This document shows, piece after piece, positions 30,364 through 41,000 of a stretch of DNA of 64,000 nt. The notes under the pieces were generated by a model. That model did no database searches. It saw only the letters and a program-made list of their open reading frames with translations, and was not told the DNA's origin. The position numbers and the translations under genes were made by a program. The stretch covers positions 1,248,001 to 1,312,000 of the forward strand of contig OZ241857.1 of assembly GCA_965203315.1 (NCBI GenBank), given 5' to 3'. The stretch comes from Nitrosopumilus sp. Lineage in GTDB: Archaea; Thermoproteota; Nitrososphaeria; Nitrososphaerales; Nitrosopumilaceae. The first letter of the stretch is position 1. Every line of letters begins with the position of its first letter.

Positions 30364-32080
30364 GTAAGCGGTTAGGCTGACAACGATTCTTGCTGTGTGT
30401 TGAGCATTTAGGATATTGATGGATTATTTACATGACATACGAACTTACTATCTAGTACGTCTCTTCAGCAGCCTTTGCCGTGAGAATTCTCAACAATTCG
30501 TCTCTAATGCTCAGCCCACGTTTACGACATGTAAAGAAGAACGTAAACAAGATAGACCACGCATCCATGCCGCGCTGCGATGTAAAGTGCAGCGAAATGT
30601 TGCGATGTATTGCAATTGGCCGCATGTACAGTTCTGTCTCGTTGTTCGTGGGATCCATTCCAGGATGGTTCACGAATGTAAAGAGATTGGGAGCAGCATT
30701 ACGCAGCGTCGTCGCAAATTTCTTGTTGCCGAGCTTTTCGTGCTGATCTACAACATCTAATACCTGTGCTATTAAATCAGACACATCTCCCGGTGGTCGT
30801 CCCTTGGCTATGTGAAATATCTTTTGTAGTCTTTCGTGCAATATTGTAGTTTCATGGCAATATAGGGCAGTCTTCATTGCATGTTTTGAATCGATCAATA
30901 TGTGTGACCAACATCTCTGCGTGTCATCATCCGTCTCGTAACCGCAATATCCATCAACAGTCTTGCATTTGTTTTTAAACGGTTTGAAATATTCATCTAA
31001 AACCCTCGATCCTCGTGTATCTGTTACACGAACGAGAACTGCATCATCTGTGACACATGTCCACACATATCCACGTTTGCCTGGTACTTTATGTGGCGTT
31101 TCGTCAAATTTGACATTTTCAGAACTTTCAGCTGCTTTCCAGATGCCTGAAACATCGTCTTCTATTGCGTTAACGAGTGCAAATGTAGCGTTGTTTATGG
31201 TTGCTTTAGATGGACGGTAATCAAAAAACTCTAATTGTTTTTGAATCATTCCTTGTGACATGTTGTTGAATAGTGAAATTCCATGATGGACTAGCATGTT
31301 TATGCTCATCTCTGTACCCTTGATCTTGGGAATCTTTTTACTAGTATCCCACTCGTATCCGCAACCATTACACGTATGTTTATATCCAACATGCGTATTT
31401 ATCTCGGTTTTTGGCAGAGGTACATCACGAATCCTACACTGATATGATTTGTTGTACGTGATATCTATGCCATGGCAGCCTGGACACGCTGAATCTATGT
31501 ACGGGACAGTACCTGCTGATTTGTCCGTCTGCGATACTCCTACGTGATTCTCTTTTTGGCCTACTTTATTGTAATCCTTTGGATCTATATACGCTGCTAT
31601 TCTTTCTTGCATTGTAGGTATGCTGTTCTTGGATGATGGATTAAACGGACTCTCATAGTATGGCATCTTTTGTTGTAACTCTTGATTCTCTTTTGCGTGT
31701 GTACATGTCTCTGGTTCACATTGATCTGAATGACCACCTAGTTGTTGTTCAAGTTTACGTTCCAGTTCTGCAGTTCGCAGTTCTCCTCGTAATATGACGC
31801 CTCCCTGCCATTCAATCATATCTAGTGCAATGCGAATTATCTCGTCTTTGTCATCGAGTTGTGTATGCAACATTGCGATCTCCTCTCGAAGTATCTTCAT
31901 CTCTGATTGAGGCATGACATTCATAGTTATGTACTAGTATTTACACAGATCAAAAAATAAAGTTGACACAATGGTAAGCCAAACTAAACACTAATTTTTT
32001 CTAATCATGCAGATCGACATGAATTGCATACGTTATCTTGCTCAAAACACCACAAGATCGTTGTCAGCCTAACCGCTTAC
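30364..32080 (-). mobile_element. IS66-family insertion sequence
   Basis: 24-bp TIR gtaagcggttaggctgacaacgat; 8-bp TSD actttatc at 30356..30363 and 32081..32088. Confidence 0.93.
30452..31924 (-). CDS. IS66-family transposase
   Basis: Coiled coil, CPGC/CNGC zinc finger, FDET, VDGY, QRCWSH, PTNNETE. Confidence 0.92.
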   Translation of the reverse strand: MNVMPQSEMKILREEIAMLHTQLDDKDEIIRIALDMIEWQGGVILRGELRTAELERKLEQQLGGHSDQCEPETCTHAKENQELQQKMPYYESPFNPSSKNSIPTMQERIAAYIDPKDYNKVGQKENHVGVSQTDKSAGTVPYIDSACPGCHGIDITYNKSYQCRIRDVPLPKTEINTHVGYKHTCNGCGYEWDTSKKIPKIKGTEMSINMLVHHGISLFNNMSQGMIQKQLEFFDYRPSKATINNATFALVNAIEDDVSGIWKAAESSENVKFDETPHKVPGKRGYVWTCVTDDAVLVRVTDTRGSRVLDEYFKPFKNKCKTVDGYCGYETDDDTQRCWSHILIDSKHAMKTALYCHETTILHERLQKIFHIAKGRPPGDVSDLIAQVLDVVDQHEKLGNKKFATTLRNAAPNLFTFVNHPGMDPTNNETELYMRPIAIHRNISLHFTSQRGMDAWSILFTFFFTCRKRGLSIRDELLRILTAKAAEETY

Positions 32081-32230
32081 ACTTTATCAATTCAAAAGTA
32101 TATTAAAACAAGTTCGCATCTATGATTCGTAATTCTTTTATACAAGTGGTATGTGAATGGCTGATTTGTTATGAAATGTACGAGTTAGATACCCTCGTAC
32201 ATTTAATTAAATGTTAGAATATTATGTTAT

Positions 32231-33673
32231 ATGAAAAGAGAACTAGCCTCTGCACTAAATTATGCATTAACCAAAGGGGTACAGATACACCCCAACGCAT
32301 TTAAGATCTTGGAGAGTGTGGATGCAAGGCAGTTAGACAAGATCATCAAGGATGTTGTTAGAGAGAAGACTAGTAAGAGACTATTCCAGATAGGTCAGGA
32401 TGATCTAGAATCGTATCTAGGAATTAAAGATGATATTCTACTACAAGCAGACGCACGAGTCTTGGTAGATCCTACTGACAAGATCACAACTGGTGAAGGT
32501 GTTGAAGGCTTTTCGTCACTCTTTGTTAGTAGGTTCAATAAACTGAAGCGAGTTGTATCTGAACGACCAGAAGCAAAGATGCTAAAGGGGATCAATCACA
32601 CCAAGAACGTAAAGACCAAGGATGATATCTACGTCTGTGGATTAATAACAGATAGAGTTGTGAATCAAAACTTTACAAAACTGGTCATTGAGGATCCTAC
32701 AGGAGTCTTTGAGGGGAACATATTTGATGGTGATCTACAAAGAATGGCCGACGGACTACTCTTGGATCAGTTTGTTATGTTAAGGGTAGGAACTACCAAG
32801 AATGGGTTTGTGATCAAAGACGTAATTCTGCCAGATATACCAGATCGGAGCGTCAATCATGCAGAGAGTGATGTGTTTGCTGTACTTCTCTCAGATCTGC
32901 ATATAGGAAGTAGATACTTTATGGAGGAAGAGTTTAGTGAGTTTATCGATTGGATATCTAGTCCGGATCCCATTGCTCGAAAGATACGATTTGTACTCAT
33001 ATGTGGTGATCTGATAGATGGTGTTGGAATATATCCAAACCAGAATAAAGAGTTAGTTTATGATACAGTTGAAGAACAACTAGCTAGAACAGAAGAGTTG
33101 TTGGCCAAGATCCCAACGAATGTCAAGATCATAATTATGCCTGGCAATCACGATCCTGGTAGACGAGCATTGCCACAACCAGCAATACCAGAAAAATATA
33201 ATCAGGGTCTATGGCATAGAGAGAATGTCATAATGGTTGGTAACCCAGCTCTAGTCTCGCTCAATGGTGTAAAGATTATGCTATTTCATGGTCAAAGTAT
33301 AGATGATATTGTAAAGACTACGCCTGGTCTCAGCTACAAAAACCCCACAGGCGTTATGAGATATCTCTTGAAAGCAAGGCATCTAAGTCCTATCTACGGT
33401 AGTCAAACACCAATAGCACCAGAGAAGGAGGATCATATGGTAATAGAGCACATACCAGACATCTTTCATGTAGGTCATGTACATAGAGCAGAAGTAGATA
33501 GATACAAGGGCATCTTGTTGATCAACTCTGGTTCATGGCAACTACAGACTCCATTTCAGTCCAGTGTTGGGATGGTTCCAAATCCTGGTATCGCCATTAT
33601 GGTGAACTTGAAGACATTTCAAATATTACACCAAAACTATAACCCCGATCTAGACAATGTCTTGCAGAGTTAG
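32231..33673 (+). CDS. polB: DNA polymerase D small (exonuclease) subunit DP1
   Basis: SDLHIGS, GDLIDGVGIYPNQ, PGNHD, FHG, RHLSPIYG, GHVH, NSGSWQ.QT. Confidence 0.95.
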   Translation: MKRELASALNYALTKGVQIHPNAFKILESVDARQLDKIIKDVVREKTSKRLFQIGQDDLESYLGIKDDILLQADARVLVDPTDKITTGEGVEGFSSLFVSRFNKLKRVVSERPEAKMLKGINHTKNVKTKDDIYVCGLITDRVVNQNFTKLVIEDPTGVFEGNIFDGDLQRMADGLLLDQFVMLRVGTTKNGFVIKDVILPDIPDRSVNHAESDVFAVLLSDLHIGSRYFMEEEFSEFIDWISSPDPIARKIRFVLICGDLIDGVGIYPNQNKELVYDTVEEQLARTEELLAKIPTNVKIIIMPGNHDPGRRALPQPAIPEKYNQGLWHRENVIMVGNPALVSLNGVKIMLFHGQSIDDIVKTTPGLSYKNPTGVMRYLLKARHLSPIYGSQTPIAPEKEDHMVIEHIPDIFHVGHVHRAEVDRYKGILLINSGSWQLQTPFQSSVGMVPNPGIAIMVNLKTFQILHQNYNPDLDNVLQS

Positions 33674-34879
33674 ATCGCTCTGGAATGATCTCTTTACTAT
33701 CTCTGTCGATACCATGAGTGTGTATTTTTTTGTACGACCGTGAACACCTTGGCTCATCAACCTCCCACTTATAATCCCAGAGAGTTCAATATCTCCCAAT
33801 ATCTGGGTTATTCGTCTGGATGTTAGAGCGTCTCGTGCAACTGTCTTGCAGATGTTCTTATAAGATCTGTATACCTCACCCGTCATAGAGTTATTTGCTT
33901 TGAGAATAGCTAGAATCACTAATTTTTCGTGTAGAGGAAGTGAGCGGAGTAGAGTCTCTTCTTTATTCTCTTCGATCTTTTTAAATGCAGTGCGTATATG
34001 ATGATCATTTACTTTGTTTGATTGTTCGCGTTCTGCCACTTCACCTGCAACACGTATCAAATCAATAGCTCTACGAGCATCGCCATGTTCTTGTGCAGCA
34101 AGTGCAGCACATAAAGATAGAGCAGCGTCTTCTACTGCATTCTCAACAAAGGCATCATTTACCCTTGTTTTGATTATCTTGTGTAGTTGGTCGACATTAT
34201 AACTCTCAAAGACAAGCTCTTCTTCGCCGAGCGTACTGATGACTCTGGGGTCTAATCTCTCTTTAAATGTGAGATCATTAGATATGCCAACTAGGGTTAA
34301 AGAGCCCGAGCCCAGTCTCTCATTTGCTCGTGTTAGTTGATACAAGATATCTTTGTTAGTCTTTGAGACTAGTTGTGTAAGATAGTCGATCTCATCTATA
34401 ACAAATATCGCATTAATATTCTCAGACTCTATCTTGGATAATAGACGTTTAAAGATCTCACTTATTGAAAGACCTGTAGGTGGAAGTCTCTTCTCATCTA
34501 GATCTAATTGTCTACCAAAACTTACTAACAAACCAGACAGAGTCGTCTCATTCTTAGAGTTTGTGTATACTAGTTTGATTGGAAAGTTTGAGGATTCAAC
34601 TTTTTCTTGAATTTTGGATATAATCTTCTTCACTACAAGAGTCTTACCAGTGCCAGGTTTACCATATACAAGAAGATTTGATGGACGGGATTGTTTGAGG
34701 ATTGGTAGTAATGATTGAGTTACCTCTCTCTGTTCTTCATCACGATGCTCTATCATATTAGGTATGTATGTAGAATGTAAGATATCTCTATTCTTGATGA
34801 GTGATGTTCCAGACTCGACAGTGGCAAGCATTGCATCTACTGGATCAACCTGTTCATTCACTACATTACTCATACCCAC
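33650..34879 (-). CDS. cdc6: Orc1/Cdc6 replication initiator
   Basis: YGKPGTGKT, IDEID, LDPRVISTL, HGDARRAIDL, C-terminal wHTH (GVHGRT); start GTG 34879 or ATG 34873. Confidence 0.95.
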   Translation of the reverse strand: MGMSNVVNEQVDPVDAMLATVESGTSLIKNRDILHSTYIPNMIEHRDEEQREVTQSLLPILKQSRPSNLLVYGKPGTGKTLVVKKIISKIQEKVESSNFPIKLVYTNSKNETTLSGLLVSFGRQLDLDEKRLPPTGLSISEIFKRLLSKIESENINAIFVIDEIDYLTQLVSKTNKDILYQLTRANERLGSGSLTLVGISNDLTFKERLDPRVISTLGEEELVFESYNVDQLHKIIKTRVNDAFVENAVEDAALSLCAALAAQEHGDARRAIDLIRVAGEVAEREQSNKVNDHHIRTAFKKIEENKEETLLRSLPLHEKLVILAILKANNSMTGEVYRSYKNICKTVARDALTSRRITQILGDIELSGIISGRLMSQGVHGRTKKYTLMVSTEIVKRSFQSDLTLQDIV

Positions 34880-35330
34880 ACACCCATGTTTCCACTCCAG
34901 AATATCAGATATAGTGTATAATGTATGAGGTTAATTTTGTTTAGTTTCTAATTAATTATTTTAATTCTTTTTAAAAAAATTATAGAAAGAAGTGGAGTGG
35001 AAATGAAGGTGTGTGGGTCAGGTTTAGGACTAGTTAACACCAAAGTTAAGATCATGTTAATCTGATGGGCAAATATGGTATTTTGACCCCTTCATTTCCA
35101 CTCTAGGCGTTAAGATCGCTATTAACACAGTTAACGACCAGATTTGACCCCTTCATTTCCACTCCACGCATGGATCTTGCCAGATCTGACCATCTGTGCC
35201 CAAAACTCATGTTAACTTGTTGGGTGATCTTGGGTCAGATAGGCGTGAAAATTAGTCAATATTAACAAAGTACTTTGTTAACACTTTTCTAAAGATCAAT
35301 TAATTTGTTAAAGGATTATTCATTAGATCC
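34880..35330. other. oriC: Replication origin oriC with four ORB boxes
   Basis: ORB-like (G/A)GAGTGGAAA(T/C)..GG.GT boxes at ~34880-34901(-), 34992-35017(+), 35085-35106(-), 35146-35167(-); AT-rich stretch 34925-34990; adjacent to cdc6. Confidence 0.88.
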
Positions 35331-35332
35331 TG

Positions 35333-35719
35333 ATGGCGCGAAAGCAGATACGGATAAACATGGAGGATGATAATGGCACAAAATATGATATCAAACTAGA
35401 TGGTAACGTTACCCGAGACAGCGTCTTAAAGATCTTTGAGGTGATGAATCTGGTAAATGTTGAAGAAGAGTTGCCTTCTACCAATATAGACTCTACAGGC
35501 TCTAAGATCTGGCATATTGTAGAAAAGTACTATCCAATTGGCAAGTTTACATCAAATAACATACTAGAAAAGTATGAGGATGAGTTCAATGAACCGATCA
35601 AACTCAGCATAATCTCAACATATCTCTCACGTTTTTCATCAAAGAATCGTATCAATAGGGTCAGAACAGGACGTGAGTGGACATATCAGATCATCAAAAT
35701 TCATCAAGGGCAGACCTAG
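35333..35719 (+). CDS. Hypothetical protein with probable C-terminal winged helix
   Basis: FTSNNILEKYEDEFNEPIKLSIISTYLSRF....INRVRTGREWTY wHTH-like pattern. Confidence 0.7.
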   Translation: MARKQIRINMEDDNGTKYDIKLDGNVTRDSVLKIFEVMNLVNVEEELPSTNIDSTGSKIWHIVEKYYPIGKFTSNNILEKYEDEFNEPIKLSIISTYLSRFSSKNRINRVRTGREWTYQIIKIHQGQT

Positions 35720-35877
35720 GTTATTACAATCTTGTGTATAATCAACCGATCTCCACTCAAAACCATCTTAACATATTCACCTTTTTGAATATCCATATGT
35801 CTTCGAAATTGTTTCGGTATGGATATAGTTCCTGCAGATGTGATCTTGACCAAGACCTCATTCTTCTCAACAGACAT
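35716..35877 (-). CDS. AbrB/SpoVT/MazE-family small DNA-binding protein (not in ORF track)
   Basis: Manual translation MSVEKNEVLVKITSAGTISIPKQFRRHMDIQKGEYVKMVLSGDRLIIHKIVIT* (53 aa). Confidence 0.85.
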   Translation of the reverse strand: MSVEKNEVLVKITSAGTISIPKQFRRHMDIQKGEYVKMVLSGDRLIIHKIVIT

Positions 35878-36120
35878 GATAATATTATAAGTTATAGATA
35901 TTTATAATTTCATAAAGTATCTTTTTATTAATAAATAACAAAATCTCACTTAAACAGGTTGGAATATGAGATATCCGGCCGAGTTCATGGATTGATATCA
36001 GGTATATCGGGCATATCAGACCATTTGATCACCTGTAATTTGGTATGCAGATGTTGTGGATTTGCATTGGAGAGGAAGCAGTAAAACCAACACACATCAT
36101 TAGATGCAACAGATCAGTTT

Positions 36121-36738
36121 CTACACTGGCTGAATATTGGTCTCTAAGCGCCTAATCCTCTCCAAACCCTTTTCAGCGATAGAGTATGTAAATGGTCTAG
36201 TATCTTCATGTCTTTGGACATATCCTTCCTCGAACATCTTTTTCATCAATCTGGACGTATGTTCCCTACTCTTAGATAGTGTGATTTGAATATCACGTGA
36301 TGTCATTCTCTTATCTGTGATTAAATGCAACACAATATCAATGGGATTTGTGTGATGTGATATGTCTATTTTAGGCACAGATTGTGGTCTCTCTGGAACT
36401 ATCTCCGACTCAATCTTTATCGGATCGGGCTTGGTGTGCGTAATCTCTTTCTCAGATCCTGCTAGAGCGTGTTGAGACTCTAACTCTTGAGTATTGGGTA
36501 GCAAATCTCCTTGTTTTGGCTCGTCATTCTGCATCTCCATAGCATCTAGGCGTATCTTTATGTCTATCAACTGCTTCTCATAGTACTCTAAACGTTCAGA
36601 ATTCGTCGGCTCTGTTGATCTAGTCTTTGATCTAATGAGTGGATAGACCTTTAAGAGTAGAAACAGACCGCCCAGTCCTGCAATAAAGGCAACAACTACA
36701 CTCAAGATCAGTTCAAACTCTGAGATCTCCAACACCAT
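36121..36738 (-). CDS. Membrane-anchored coiled-coil plus winged-helix (MarR-like) protein
   Basis: N-terminal TM (LILSVVVAFIAGLGGLFLLL), short coiled coil, linker, C-terminal MTSRDIQITLSKSREHTSRLMKKMFEEGYVQR...PFTYSI. Confidence 0.8.
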   Translation of the reverse strand: MVLEISEFELILSVVVAFIAGLGGLFLLLKVYPLIRSKTRSTEPTNSERLEYYEKQLIDIKIRLDAMEMQNDEPKQGDLLPNTQELESQHALAGSEKEITHTKPDPIKIESEIVPERPQSVPKIDISHHTNPIDIVLHLITDKRMTSRDIQITLSKSREHTSRLMKKMFEEGYVQRHEDTRPFTYSIAEKGLERIRRLETNIQPV

Positions 36739-36852
36739 CACATATCTATGATATAGGTGTGATTTATCATAATAGGACAAATTTATTTCACAAATTGGGT
36801 AAAATCTCACACACAAAATCACGGATTATGCTACATGAAATATCATTGTCTA

Positions 36853-37215
36853 TCACATATTACATGCCTGTTTAACATACCTGTCCATCACACTTATCAC
36901 ATCATCGACTGATTCAACAGTAATATCACTCTCATTTATCACACTAATCTGTTCTGCAAGCTTTGTTATCACATCAATATCATCGGGTAATAGTATGCCT
37001 AGACCACGTAAGAGAGCGATAGAATAGAACAATCTTACCAATTTCTCTCTAGATTGCCCAACCTGTCTATAGTACGCACCAGGCGTTATAGGAAACTCTG
37101 CCTCGACAAGTCTCTTGTAATTTAAAATAATTTCAATTTGTCGTTCAGTAAATAGAGATTTTTTGATGATTTGGCGTATAATTTCATTAAAATTATATTT
37201 TTCAGAGTCCGTCAT
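36853..37215 (-). CDS. Hypothetical protein with HTH-like segment
   Basis: SLFTERQIEIIL...ITPGAYYRQVGQSREKL. Confidence 0.65.
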   Translation of the reverse strand: MTDSEKYNFNEIIRQIIKKSLFTERQIEIILNYKRLVEAEFPITPGAYYRQVGQSREKLVRLFYSIALLRGLGILLPDDIDVITKLAEQISVINESDITVESVDDVISVMDRYVKQACNM

Positions 37216-37279
37216 AGCTATACAGATCTGTATATGACTCCTCAATTAAACTTTATAGTGTCATATACAAACAACACTT

Positions 37280-38032
37280 GTGTCTAAACTAAAGGTAGAA
37301 GAGTACCTATCTAAAGAATTAGAGAGAAAGAGCGCACTAGTCTTTGTTCTAATCGACTCTGAAACATCAGATCGAAAGTCGTCAGCTAAACTGGCGCGAG
37401 ATGTTGAAAAGGCAGGCGCCACAGCTATTCTAGTAGGCGGTTCTTCTGCAACCGATCAGTTAGAGATGTCGCAACTAGTACGACATTTGAAAGAAGAGAT
37501 CGAGATTCCGATAATTCTGTTTCCAGGAAATATTACGGGTGTTGTTCCAGACGCAGACGCGATCCTATTCAGCTCGTTGATGAACTCGGAGAATCCATAC
37601 TTTATAACACAAGCCCAAGCTCTCAGCTCACTAAACGTACTAAAGTTCGGTCTAGAACCACTACCTACGGCATATCTTGTTGTGGGTGATGGAACCTCGG
37701 CGTGGTTTGTAGGTTCAGCTAGAGGAATTCCATTTGATAAACCAAAGATAGCTGCTGCATACTCTCTTGCCGCAAAGTTTCTTGGAATGAGGTTTGTGTA
37801 TCTAGAAGCAGGTTCTGGTGCCAAGACCAGTGTCACACCAGAGATGGTAACGGCGGTACGGAGTGTATTTGACGGTTTTCTTATAGTTGGAGGAGGGATA
37901 CGAGACGCCGAGACCGCGAGATCCCTAACTAGAGCCGGCGCCAATGCTCTTGTTGTTGGTACACTACTAGAGCAAGGTGACAATATGCGTAAACTTGAAC
38001 AGATAGTAGAGACGATTCACTGTGATGCATAA
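37280..38032 (+). CDS. Geranylgeranylglyceryl phosphate synthase
   Basis: ILVGGS, PIILFPG, ADAILFSSLMNS, VYLEAGSGA, IVGGGIRD. Confidence 0.93.
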   Translation: MSKLKVEEYLSKELERKSALVFVLIDSETSDRKSSAKLARDVEKAGATAILVGGSSATDQLEMSQLVRHLKEEIEIPIILFPGNITGVVPDADAILFSSLMNSENPYFITQAQALSSLNVLKFGLEPLPTAYLVVGDGTSAWFVGSARGIPFDKPKIAAAYSLAAKFLGMRFVYLEAGSGAKTSVTPEMVTAVRSVFDGFLIVGGGIRDAETARSLTRAGANALVVGTLLEQGDNMRKLEQIVETIHCDA

Positions 38033-41000
38033 TGTCTCAAGACGATATAGTCTCTAGAATTCAGGACATTCCAATGCCTGACTATTATCTACAATACTAT
38101 GATGACCTCTCATCTGGAACTAGTACTATATTTGAGAAGGCAAGAGCTGCAAAGTCTAGTCTAGTCGACTCGTCTGATACGATTGAACCAAAGATGGCGT
38201 TTGACCTAGCAGATCGAGTGGCAAAGATGCACGAGATTGATATCGCCGAACCATTACGCAACTTGCTGAAAGAGAAGCCTAAAGAGTTAACTGCATTAAC
38301 CCTAGCAAAAGAGATTGCGTTAGGTAAGTACTCTGATGCTGATACGCCTATGGAAGAGAGGCTAGATCTCGCAGTGCGCGTAGGTCTCGCAATAGTTACT
38401 GAAGGTGTCACAATTGCTCCTCTTCAAGGGATAAACGAAGTAAAGATCAAAAAGAACAAGGACGGTAGTGAGTACCTCTCTGTATCCATTGCAGGTCCAA
38501 TGCGATCAGCTGGAGGAACAGAGTCGGCAGTAACGATGTTGATTGCAGATTATGTAAGAAAGGCGGTTGGACTGGCAAAGTATCAAGCCAACTCGTTTGA
38601 TGATGAGACAGGCAGGTTTGTCGAAGAACTACGCATATACGAGAGAGAGGCCAGTAGTTTTCAATTTCATATTCTAGATGAAGATATCATACACGTGATA
38701 TCGAACATTCCAGTAGAACTTGATGGAGTAGATACAGATCCGTACGAGGTTGTCAACCACAAATCTATGGCACGCATCAAGACAGATAGAGTACGAGGTG
38801 GCGCACTCCGTGTATTGAATGATGGTCTCATCGGCAGATCCAAGAAACTACTAAAGAGGATCGAGATGTATAATCTAGATGGATGGGCTTGGCTCAATGA
38901 TCTCAAAGGTGCTGTCCAGACAGCAAACCAAGAGGACGCAGCAACCAAGAGGATGAAAGAGGTGATTACAGGTCGTTCTGTACTCTCCATGCCCAACAAA
39001 CTCGGTGGATTTCGACTCAGATATGGTCGTGCATGTAATACTGGTTTTGCAGCTGTAGGACTACACCCGGTGATCGCTGAGATACTTGATCATACAGTTG
39101 CAGTTGGAACACAGATCAAGATCGATATACCTGGCAAGGGCGCAACTGTCGCATTTGTGGATTCTATCGAGACACCGACGGTGCTTCTAAAAGATGGTAG
39201 TGTAGTACGGATCCGTGATGTCAAACATGGAATCGAGATTAAGCATAGTATCAAACGAATCCTACATCTTGGCGATATCTTGATATCGTTTGGTGATTTT
39301 CTAGAGAACAATGCACAGTTGGTCCCAACTGGATATGTTGAAGAGATGTGGGTTGAGGAACTACGCGCAAAGATCGATGGACAAAGTACAGACACTGCAA
39401 GATACCTCACAGAGACACCGTCCCTTGACACTGCACTATCAATATCACATAATCTAAAGATGCCACTATATCCGCAATTTCTTTACTTTTGGGACATGAT
39501 CACGCCAACAGATCTAGGTAAACTGCTAGAGCCCACAAAAACCGACTCTGATACAATCTGGTATGATATACAGTACAAGTCGATCCTCGAGCGACTTGGT
39601 GTCCCACATATAGTAAGAGATGCATCACTAGTTCTGCAAGGGATAGATGCCAAGATATTTTGGAATCTAATTCTTCGAGTCAAACCCAAGATAAATGATG
39701 ATACAGTACCAAACATAATCACAGCCTCGTCTGGCATTGAGATCAGACCCAAGTTCTCAACCTCCATAGGCGTCAGGATTGGTAGACCAGAGAAAGCGGC
39801 ACCTAGGCAGATGAAGCCACCCACACACGTACTGTTTCCAGTTACTGACAAGGGTGGTCCATCACGTGACATACTCAAAGCTGCACGAACAGAGCACTTT
39901 TTTACAAATATCTTTAGTCGTACATGTCCTAAATGTAATGCATCGTCAATTGGAATAAAATGTACAATGTGTGATATAGAGACGGTTGTATTAAAGACAT
40001 GCCAAGTTTGTCGTAATGAGACCACCGATTCGTACTGTCAGCGTTGTAAACGTAATACGATTGCACACTCTTATAGAGAGTTTCCACTAAAGTCAAAACT
40101 CTTGTCTGCACAACAGTTGGTTGAGATCCGTGCTCAAGAACCACTCAAGGGTGTTAAAGATCTGATAAGCCAAGACAAGATCGCCGAGCCTTTGGAGAAA
40201 GGAATAATTCGACAAAAGTTTGGCTTGACCATCTTCAAGGATGGGACGACTAGATTTGATGCTACAAACTCACCATTAACTCAATTCAAACCAGCATGGA
40301 TCGGTACATCAATATCTAAACTCTATGATATGGGGTATACACATGATATCGATGGTAAACGACTAGATGATCCAGAACAGATAGTTGAGTTGCGAATGCA
40401 AGATGTGATAATTCCATACGAGTCTGGCAGATATCTGGTTGCCGTATGCAAGTATGTTGATCAACTCTTGACAAAGTTTTACAAACATAGTGCGTTTTAT
40501 AACGTTAAAGATATTGATGATCTAGTAGGACATTTGATTGTTGGCCTAGCACCTCATACCTCTGTTGGAATAGTAGGTAGAATAATTGGATACACAGAGA
40601 CACATGTGTGTTTTGGTACACCAAACTGGCACTCTGCAAAGCGAAGAGATGCAGACGGCGACGCAGACTCGATAATGTTATTGATGGATATCCTGCTAAA
40701 TTTTTCAAGACTCTTCCTCTCTGATCGAATTGGTGGATTGATGGATGCCCCACTTTTAGTACAACCGTTGGTGCTACCACACGAGTCACAACCCCAAGCA
40801 CACAACCTAGAAGTTGTAAAAAATTTTCCTCTAGAGTTCTTTACAAACACATTTGAGCAAATAAAAGCGTCTGCAGTCAGATCAGTAGATGTAATCAAGT
40901 CACGATTAGACAGCGAACAACAGTTTTGTGACTATCACTTTACACACAAGACCTCTACACTAACCACCACTAAATCACGTAGCGCCTACTCGACGTTAGG

